Source: an uncultured Chloroflexota bacterium
GTDB lineage: Bacteria; Chloroflexota; UBA11872
Direction: 5' to 3'
NCBI GenBank assembly: GCA_958296175.1
Contig: OY282448.1
Location: forward strand, 2,230,127-2,294,126
DNA: 64,000 nt
A program made the position numbers and the translations under genes. Of the stretch, positions 1 through 10,605 are shown in pieces. The notes under the pieces were generated by a model. That model did not search any database and was not told the origin of the DNA. It worked only from the letters and a program-made list of their open reading frames with translations. Position 1 is the stretch's first letter, and every line of letters starts with the position of its first letter.

Positions 1-2941
<2,941 letters not shown>

Positions 2942-3146
2942 GGGCGGCGGGGCGGGCGTGGGCCGCGCGGCCAACGCGCGGGCCGCAGGCGGCGGCGGCA
3001 TGGTCAAGCATGACCACCAAGCTTAGGCGATGCATCGTTCGTCAGCCGGAGGGAAGCGGCCGCGACGGCTGGCGCGCAGGCGCGAAACCGCCGGCGCACG
3101 GCGCGGCGTCACCCCGACGGCGCATCCGGCCGCGGCGACGGTTCGA

Positions 3147-4514
3147 CTACGCGCCCCACGTCAGGGCGCGGCGCAGGAAGACCATGGGGTCCTCCCGCCA
3201 CTGGGCGTAGCCGATGCGGCGGTTGTCGGTCAGCCAGTCGAGCTTGGCGTCGATGCAGGCTGCCAGCTCCGCGTCGTCCGCGGACAGCGAGAAGCCGCCG
3301 TATTCGACGGCGGGGTCCAAGGCGGTGACCACGAACGCGCCGCCTTCGCCGTGAGCAAAGTCGCGGTTGCCGATTTCGCCGCGCGCCACCGCGTCGATGC
3401 GGCCCTCGCGCAGCGCCTCCAGCAATTCGACGTCGCCGAGTTGCGTTCCCAGATAGATCACCTGCGGCATGTCGGGGCCGGGCGGGGTCAGCCGCAGCCG
3501 CTGTTCCAGGCCGGTCGACCCGCGCGCCGAGGTGATGGTGTAGGCGTCCGTGCCGTCGGCGACCAGTTCGCCCACTGACGTGTGGATGCGCGTGCCGGCG
3601 GTCAGCACGCCGGCGGCGTCGGCCAGTCCCGTCAGCTGCAACAGGCGCCCCTCGCCGGTGGTGCCGGGCAGCACGCCCACGCGGTGGCTGCTGGTCAGGT
3701 CGTCGTGGCTGGTGATCCGTTCGGCGTCTGCGGCGCGCACCAGCAGCGATTGGCGGAAGGTGACGTGGCCGGAGGTGAAGCGAATGGCCGTCTCGCCGGA
3801 GGCGCCGCGCGTGCGCGCGTCGAGGATGGTGATGCCGCCGCCGACCATGTCGAACTGCTCGCCCGCAGGGGCGAGCCAGATGCGGAAGTCGTCGTCGGCC
3901 CAGGTCGGGATGGGATGGCGCACGAACGACAACCCCGCGCCGTCCATGGCTTCCAGGGCGTTCAGCAGGTCGGCCTCGTACCCGCGGTGCTGGCTGAATC
4001 CGGCGGCGTCTGGGTCCGGGTCGGCGCTGTAGCTGATCGGCTCGAAGTACGCGTAGAACCCGTAATTCAAGGGGCGCGTCCCATCCGTGCAGGCCGGCTG
4101 CGGGAACGCCCAGGCGAACCCCTGGCGCGCGTTGCGAAGGTGGTCGTTGCGGCAGGCCTGCTCGGCCAGCTCGCCGTGCACGTACTGATAGATGCCCACG
4201 TTGTGGAAGTTCCCCAGGTGGTGCTCGAACAGGTCGTTGAGTTCCACGCAGCTCATGCTGTCCGTGCGGGCCGTCTGCGGGAACGCCCAGGCGAAGCCCC
4301 GGCGCGCGTCGTGACCGTGGTCGCTGCGGCAGGCCTGCTCGGCCAGCTCGCCGTGCACGCGCTGATAGATGCCCACGTTGTGGAAGTTCTCCAGGCCGCG
4401 CTCGAACAGGTCGTTGAGTTCCACGCAGCTCATGGGCCACTGCGCGGCCGCAGGCGCCGCCGTTCCGGCCAGCGCCAGGCTGACTGCCAATGCTGCGAGT
4501 ATCGCGCGGACCAT
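3147..4514 (-). CDS. Secreted protein: two 59-aa Cys/His repeats fused to a type-2 periplasmic substrate-binding domain
   Basis: AGGAG RBS before ATG 4514; signal peptide MVRAILAALAVSLALAGTAAPAAAQ; SBP family 3-like motifs GYEADLL, FDMVGGGITILDAR, VGVLPGTTGE, LREGRIDAV. Confidence 0.75.
   Translation of the reverse strand: MVRAILAALAVSLALAGTAAPAAAQWPMSCVELNDLFERGLENFHNVGIYQRVHGELAEQACRSDHGHDARRGFAWAFPQTARTDSMSCVELNDLFEHHLGNFHNVGIYQYVHGELAEQACRNDHLRNARQGFAWAFPQPACTDGTRPLNYGFYAYFEPISYSADPDPDAAGFSQHRGYEADLLNALEAMDGAGLSFVRHPIPTWADDDFRIWLAPAGEQFDMVGGGITILDARTRGASGETAIRFTSGHVTFRQSLLVRAADAERITSHDDLTSSHRVGVLPGTTGEGRLLQLTGLADAAGVLTAGTRIHTSVGELVADGTDAYTITSARGSTGLEQRLRLTPPGPDMPQVIYLGTQLGDVELLEALREGRIDAVARGEIGNRDFAHGEGGAFVVTALDPAVEYGGFSLSADDAELAACIDAKLDWLTDNRRIGYAQWREDPMVFLRRALTWGA
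4080..4433 (-). repeat. Tandem 177-nt (59-aa) intragenic duplication
   Basis: MSCVELNDLFE..NFHNVGIYQ.VHGELAEQACR.DH...ARxGFAWAFPQ occurs twice, with ATGs at 4433 and 4256. Confidence 0.95.
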
Positions 4515-4744
4515 GGATCGCTCCTGACGCGGCGCGAGGCCGTGCGACGATCCCCCGGACCGACGGCGCACGCTACTCGCCACAGCATAGACCACGGTGC
4601 AACGATATGGGCACCGGAGACCTCGGCGCCCATCCGCTCCGCGCGCCCGGCCGCGGCGCGATACGGGGTGAAACGGAAGCTATCCGCGAGCCATCCGCTC
4701 CGCGCGCCCGTCCGCGGCCTTCACCGCGAGCCGCGAGCTGCGGC

Positions 4745-5131
4745 TTACGCCAGCGGCTGATGAAAGTAGTAGCACAACCCGTCCGGCGCCACGACGAAGA
4801 AGACGCGCAGCTTGCGGCCGTCGTGATCGTCCTGGCGCTCGTTTCCGACCTCGATGCCGTTGGCTTCCAGCTCCGTCCGCGCGCGCTCGAGGTCCCCGAC
4901 CCGAATGGCCGCGCCGTCGTTGCTGGCGTCGCCGCCGTTGACGGCAAATCCAAGCTGCACGCCGTCGCGCTCCAGGATGACGGTGGGGACCGGATGCTCC
5001 CGGCGTTCTACCTCGCGCATGCCGAAGGCCCGGCCGTACCAGCGCGCCGCCTGGTCCAGGTCCGTCACCGGCAGCGCCAGCACGTCGTCGCGATAGGGGA
5101 ATGCTGCGTGGAACAGGGGAGCGTTGGGCAT
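4745..5131 (-). CDS. VOC/glyoxalase family protein
   Basis: LPVTDLDQAARWYGRAFG, IRVGDLERA and FFVVAPDGLCYYF fit the VOC pattern; 128 aa. Confidence 0.85.
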   Translation of the reverse strand: MPNAPLFHAAFPYRDDVLALPVTDLDQAARWYGRAFGMREVERREHPVPTVILERDGVQLGFAVNGGDASNDGAAIRVGDLERARTELEANGIEVGNERQDDHDGRKLRVFFVVAPDGLCYYFHQPLA

Positions 5132-5208
5132 GGCGTGGAGACCCTTGGGGGCGCATGCAATGGGCGCATGGGCGCGCGGGGCTTCAGTCTATCCGTCGGC
5201 GCCCGGCC

Positions 5209-5772
5209 TTACACCTCGTCGTACCTGAAGCAGCTCACGACGTGGTCGTTCACCATGCCCGCCGCCTGCATGAAGGCATAGCAGATGGTTGGCCCCACGA
5301 ACTGGAAGCCGCGGCGTCTGAGGCTGCGGCTCATGGCGCGCGACTCGTCGGTCTGCGCCGGGATGTCCGCCAGCGATTGGTACGCGTTCCTGCGCGGGCG
5401 CCCCTGGGCGAACTGCCAGAGCAGCGCGTCCAGCGAGCCGCAGTCCTGGATGGAGCGCAGGGCCGCCTGCGCGTTGCCAACTGCGGCGTGCAGCTTGGCC
5501 CGATGGCGGATGATGCGCGCGTCCAGCAGCCGCGCCTCGATGTCCGCCGGCGTGTAAGCCGCGATGCGCTCCAGGTCGAAGCCGTCGAACACCTTGCGGT
5601 AGCCGTGGCGGCGCCGCAGCACCGTGAGCCAGGACAGGCCTGCCTGCGCGCCTTCCAGCGTCAGCAGTTCGAACAGCGCGCGGTCGTCGTGCAGCGGCAC
5701 GCCCCATTCCCGGTCGTGGTAGTCCCGCAGCAACGGGTCGCCCGCGGCCCAGGCGCAGCGCTGGCGGCTCAC
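5209..5772 (-). CDS. tag: DNA-3-methyladenine glycosylase I
   Basis: RCAWA..YHDREWGVP, LFELLTLEGAQAGLSWLTVL, GFQFVGPTICYAFMQAAGMVNDHVVSC. GTG start overlaps the upstream stop (GTGA). Confidence 0.96.
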   Translation of the reverse strand: MSRQRCAWAAGDPLLRDYHDREWGVPLHDDRALFELLTLEGAQAGLSWLTVLRRRHGYRKVFDGFDLERIAAYTPADIEARLLDARIIRHRAKLHAAVGNAQAALRSIQDCGSLDALLWQFAQGRPRRNAYQSLADIPAQTDESRAMSRSLRRRGFQFVGPTICYAFMQAAGMVNDHVVSCFRYDEV

Positions 5773-6308
5773 GACGCGGCGGCCAGCCGGCGCGCGTAGC
5801 GAACCAGCGCCACGGGGCCTTCCAGGTCCAGCGCGTCCTCGCCGCCGTCGGGCGTCCAGCCGGCGGCCGCGTAGAACTGGCGCGCCGCCGGGTTGTCGCG
5901 CAGCGTCCAAAGGATCGCCGCGTCGTATCCCTGCGCGTGCAGCGCGTCGGTTGCCTGCCGCAGCAGCTCGGAACCGACGCCCTGCCGCTGCCAGCGCGGC
6001 GCCACGTAAAGCCCGTGAACCTCGCCCGTGTCCGCGGCCAGGCCGCCGCCGCGCGCCGCGCCGCTGATGACGAACCCGATCACCTCCGCGCCGGCCGCGG
6101 CCACCAGCCTGGCGGCGCGGGGGCGCTGCAATCCCTGGCGAATCCGCTGGACGCGCGCTTCGGTGACGTGCAGCTTGTCCAGATACGCATCGGCCACAAG
6201 GCCGCGAAAGCTCGTGGCCCAGGTCGAGAGCCGCAGCGCTTCCACCGCTGCCGCGTCGTCGTCAGTCATCGGGCGGATGGTCCAGGGGGCAGCGTCCGCG
6301 CGCGTCAC
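5769..6308 (-). CDS. GNAT family N-acetyltransferase
   Basis: GEVHGLYVAPRWQRQGVGSELL (motif A) and NPAARQFYAAAGW. Confidence 0.92.
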   Translation of the reverse strand: MTRADAAPWTIRPMTDDDAAAVEALRLSTWATSFRGLVADAYLDKLHVTEARVQRIRQGLQRPRAARLVAAAGAEVIGFVISGAARGGGLAADTGEVHGLYVAPRWQRQGVGSELLRQATDALHAQGYDAAILWTLRDNPAARQFYAAAGWTPDGGEDALDLEGPVALVRYARRLAAAS

Positions 6309-6507
6309 GGGGACGCCGCCAGCGAAGTCGGCGTTGGCAAACAGCGCGTCACGGGGCCGCCCGATCGCGTGATGGCCCGGCGGACGGCGCGGCGGTTGGG
6401 CCGCGGGAACTCAGGTGGGACGGCGGGCGCGCGCGCCCGCCGTCCTGGGCGCAGCCGCGGCGCGAGGTCGATGCACGTGCGCTCGTCCAGTCCATCCTGT
6501 CTGCCAG

Positions 6508-6523
6508 TATGACGCACGTCATA
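6508..6523. promoter_or_regulatory. Palindromic operator candidate TATGACG-CA-CGTCATA
   Basis: Perfect 7-bp inverted arms in the divergent intergenic region, overlapping a -10-like CATAAT about 40 bp upstream of the 6565 start. Confidence 0.45.
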
Positions 6524-6564
6524 ATCGGCGCTGAGATGCAACTGGCGCCCCCAGGACTCGCCGC

Positions 6565-7935
6565 ATGATGCGACTGCTGCGCGAACGGCTGGAGGCGCGC
6601 GCCGCGGCCGGCCGCCCCGTGACGGTGGCGCTGGCGGGCGCTGGACGGTTCGGCGCCAGCGTTGCGGCGCAGATATCCCAGATCGACGGCCTGCGGCTGG
6701 CGGCGGTGGCCGACCCCAACGCACGCAACGGCGCTGCGGCCCTGCGCGCCGCCGGCTGGACGGACGACCAGGTGCGCCGCTGCGAAGGCCCGGCCGCTGC
6801 CCGCGCGGCGCTGGCGGCCGGCGGCGCCGCGCTCACCCCCGACGCCGACGCGCTGGCAGCCGCGCACGTCGAGGTGTTCGTGGATGCCACCGGGATTCCC
6901 GAAACGGCGGCCCGCAACGCCTGGGCCGCGCTGCGCCTGGGGCGCCACGTGGTGATGGTGACGGTCGAAGCGGACGTCAGCTGCGGCTGGGCGCTGGCGC
7001 GCGAGGCGCGGCGGCAAGGCGTGGTCTACTCGCTGGCGGCCGGCGACCAGCCCATCGCCATCATGGAGCTGTTCGACTGGGCAGCGGCGCTGGGCCTGCG
7101 CGTGATTGCCGTGGGGCGCGGCACGCGGCGCTATCCGTTCGACCGGCACGGCGACCCCGACCAGGCCCTGGCGCGCCTGGGTTACGACGATGCCGCGGCA
7201 CGGCGGCTGCGGCTGAATCCCCAGATGTACAACTCGTTCCGCGACGGCACCAAGGCGCAGATCGAAATGTGCGCCGCGGCCAACATGACAGGGCTGCCGC
7301 CCGACCGCCGCGGCATGCACGAGCCTTCCGCCAGCCTGAACGACCTGCCCAACCTGTTTGCGCCGGCCGACGCCGGCGGCCTGCTGCACCGCGTCGGCGC
7401 GGTCGATCTGGCGAACGCCGTGACGCCCGACGGAGCTTCCGACATCCCCGAGCACGTGGCCGACGGTGTGTGGGCGGTGGTTGGGTCCGACCATCACCGC
7501 GTGCAAGAAGACCTGCGCATCCACGGCACGCGCGTGTCGCGGGACGGACGCCGCATGGCGCTGTTCCGCGAATACCACCTCTGCGGCGTGGAAACTCCGC
7601 TCAGCATTGCCCAGGCCGCCTTGCTGGGCGCTGCGTCAGGCGCGCCGCGCGAAGCGCCCGTCGCCGAAGTGCTGGCCTACGCCAAACGGACTCTGCGACC
7701 CGGCGACACGCTGGACGGTTCCGGCGGCCGTTTGGTCTACGGCCTCGTCGACCGAGCGGAGGCCCTGCAAACCGAGGCCGCGCTCCCGTTGGGCCTGGCG
7801 TACGGCGTCAGGGTGCTCGAGCCCGTGCCCGCCGACCGCCCCATCCCCGCCCATGCCGTGCAGGTCGACCCCAACGCCTTCATCGCCCGCCTGCGCGCCG
7901 CAGCCGCCGAGCCGCCCGCCGCGGCGTTCGGCTGA
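6565..7935 (+). CDS. Homoserine-dehydrogenase-like NAD(P)-dependent oxidoreductase with C-terminal SAF domain
   Basis: GAGRFG Rossmann motif, VEADVSCG, GDQP, NSFRDGTKAQIEMCAAANMTGL, SAF-type AKRTLRPGDTLDGSGG. Confidence 0.88.
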   Translation: MMRLLRERLEARAAAGRPVTVALAGAGRFGASVAAQISQIDGLRLAAVADPNARNGAAALRAAGWTDDQVRRCEGPAAARAALAAGGAALTPDADALAAAHVEVFVDATGIPETAARNAWAALRLGRHVVMVTVEADVSCGWALAREARRQGVVYSLAAGDQPIAIMELFDWAAALGLRVIAVGRGTRRYPFDRHGDPDQALARLGYDDAAARRLRLNPQMYNSFRDGTKAQIEMCAAANMTGLPPDRRGMHEPSASLNDLPNLFAPADAGGLLHRVGAVDLANAVTPDGASDIPEHVADGVWAVVGSDHHRVQEDLRIHGTRVSRDGRRMALFREYHLCGVETPLSIAQAALLGAASGAPREAPVAEVLAYAKRTLRPGDTLDGSGGRLVYGLVDRAEALQTEAALPLGLAYGVRVLEPVPADRPIPAHAVQVDPNAFIARLRAAAAEPPAAAFG

Positions 7936-8049
7936 CGACCACACGCCCCGCGCCGAGACGCTGCGCCGACCCCGCGCGCTGCCAGCCGCTACGGAGGTTG
8001 TCGAGCTAGATGGCGCGATTGACGATCCGACCCTGCGCGCTGCCAGCCG

Positions 8050-10451
8050 CTACGCCGCCGCCCTCGCGCTCGGCGCCTCGCCATAAACCTGATACGACAC
8101 CGCGCCGCTCTCGGACACCCTGAAATTCAGCGCCGGCACGAACGCAACGTCCCGCCAGGAGCCGGCCCGCCATTCATGCCGCAGCCGCATCCCCAGCACC
8201 CACACGCCCGGTCCCTGCATACCGCCGGACGAAGCCGCCGTAACGAACGCGCCGTGTCCATCCCGGAACCGCAGCCGCGGCGCACGCGCATCGAATTCGT
8301 ACGTGTTGGTCACCGTCCCTTCGCCCGCCGAGATCTGGCTGTCATACCAGTGAGAGCCCCGGAAGTAGTCGGCGCCGTCCACTTCGTCCGGCATACCCCA
8401 GGGCAAGCCGTCGTGCACGGCAATTGCCAACCAATCCTGACTCGTCCACCGCTCGGGGTCCTGGTCGTCCAAGGTTGCCGTGAACGAGACACGCCCATCG
8501 GCAACGCGCACGTCGGTGAGTCGGAGGCTGACAGCCAACGCCGTATCCGTTGGCGGGGGCATGATCGGGTCCACTCCGCCGCGCGGAGCGTAGACGTAGG
8601 CCTCGTCGTTCCACCAGATCGGCCGGCGGCCGTCCGGCGGAAACATCCACGGCAAGAACCACGGCGGGGCCAGCACGAGATCTGGAACATGCGAGCCGAG
8701 CGGCTCGACCTGAAACGGTGGCCGCGTGTGCAACAGCGCCAGGTCGTTGGCGCCAAGCAGCCGAGCGTGGGACACCGCCGCCGCCGCGCGCAAGAAGCCG
8801 ACAGACGTCTGCGCCGGGTGCTGCGGATCGATGAAATCTGCGTACACGTAGACCGAGGCCGAGGCGGGCACGGCCTGCCGGAGCGCCTCGAACGCCGCCG
8901 GCGTCGGCGCCGCGTCCAGCTCCAGAAACTCCGGGCGCACGCGATAGAGCGCCTCGCCGCCGTCGTGGACGAGCAGATCGAACAACCCTGGATCGGCCAG
9001 CCAGCGCGCGGCCCGGTCGGGCAGTTCGGTCACCCAGGCCTCCGTCGCATGCACGTAGGCAATGCCGAGCCGCCGCACGGCCGCGGGTTCGAGATAGTGG
9101 AGAGCGTCGCGGTGTGCCGGTCCTTCGTTTTGCTCCTGGTGAAGTCGTCCGACGAACCCACGCGCGTTGGCGCGTCCCGTCGCAATGGACATCGCGTTCG
9201 GGCTGGGCGAAAGAACGCGCGCGTCGACTGGTGTGCGGTCGCGGATGAACGCGGCGACAGCCGCCGACGTAAACGGCGGGAGCGCATAGCGGTCCATGGG
9301 GCCGACGCCGAACTCGAGCTGCCCCGGCCGAGCGTTGGCAAGCTGCGTCCCGTGCCCAACGGCCAGCCCGAGATTGCGGACCGGCGCTGCCGCGGTTGGC
9401 CAGATGACGAGGGCGGCCACGAGCGCGCCGGCCGCATAGCGCCAGCGCGGCCGCAGGTCGTGCAGCCGAGCGCCGAGCGCAACCATCAGCGCCAGCAATG
9501 CGAAGGTGCGCGCGTGCCCGTCGAACCTGACCACATCGTACGGCGCCGAGCCGTAGCGGACCGTGAGGACGGCCAGCAGGAACAGCGCGCTGCATGCTGC
9601 CAGCGCCAGCGCCAGCGCCAGGCGGTCGCGCCGGGCCAGCAGCGCTGCTGCGGCGGCCGCGGCGACGGGGCCCAGACCCAGCACGCCCAGGCCGCCCGGC
9701 TGCGGGTCGAACGTTCCAAGCAGGCGGCGGCTGCCGGCCTCGTCGGCCCAGCCCAGCGACAGGCCGGACCCGGTTGCGTTGGTCAGGGCGCCGGTGAGCA
9801 CGCCTCCGCCCGCGGCGAGCAACACGAGCGCGAGCGCCGGCCCCGCGGCGGCATGCACCGCCGCAGCGCCGTCGCCACCGCCAGGGCGAAGCTCATCCAG
9901 ATATAGGCGCCCAGCAGCTCCAGGGTGAAGGCCATGTCGGGCCCGACCGGCGGCGCCAGCGCCCCGACCAGCAGGTCGACACCGTGGTGATAGTACGCGG
10001 GTATTCCCGGGTTCCAGGATATTTCTGGAGGGAACACGCCCGCCCGAATCGCGGCGGCCAGCCCAACGTGGAGTTCATGGTCGGGCGTGAACAGCAGTTG
10101 CCGCGCCGCAAGCGCGATCCAAAACAGCAGGACGGCCGCGCCGGCGAACCCGACCGCGACGCGCACGCGCGGCCAGATCGGCCGAGGCGCGCGCCAGGCC
10201 AGCGCGGCGGCCAGCGCCACCGTGACGGCCCACCCCACGGCCGCGCCCGCCAGCCCGGGAACCGCGAACATGACGACGTTGACCAGCAGCCCCCACAGCG
10301 CTGGCCCGACCACCAGCCCCTGCGCCAGCGCCATGGCGTCGTCGTCCTGACGCAAGGCCGTGCGCACGATGACGAACCCGACCGCCGCCAACGCGCAAAG
10401 CTCTGCCGCCAGGATCAGGAGGCCCGGAACGACCGTTGGATCGACACGCAT
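8050..10451 (-). pseudogene. Large integral membrane protein, paralog of 10606-13509, split by an internal deletion and frameshift near 9853-9866
   Basis: ORF 9783-10451 matches the paralog N-terminus and ORF 8050-9858 matches its C-terminal part. About 517 nt present in the paralog between ..VATAL and HAAAGPAL.. is absent here. Confidence 0.8.
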
Positions 10452-10605
10452 CTAGCGGCGTCTCCAGATCCTTGCCCAACGCCGAATCGACGCGGCCGAA
10501 CGCACGCTGAGCCACGCGCAGGCACAGGGGCGTGCGGCTCGCATGCCTCGTGTCGTGGATCGAGGCGCAAAACCCGTCACCCGCAGGCTCCCGTGCTGCG
10601 GAGGT

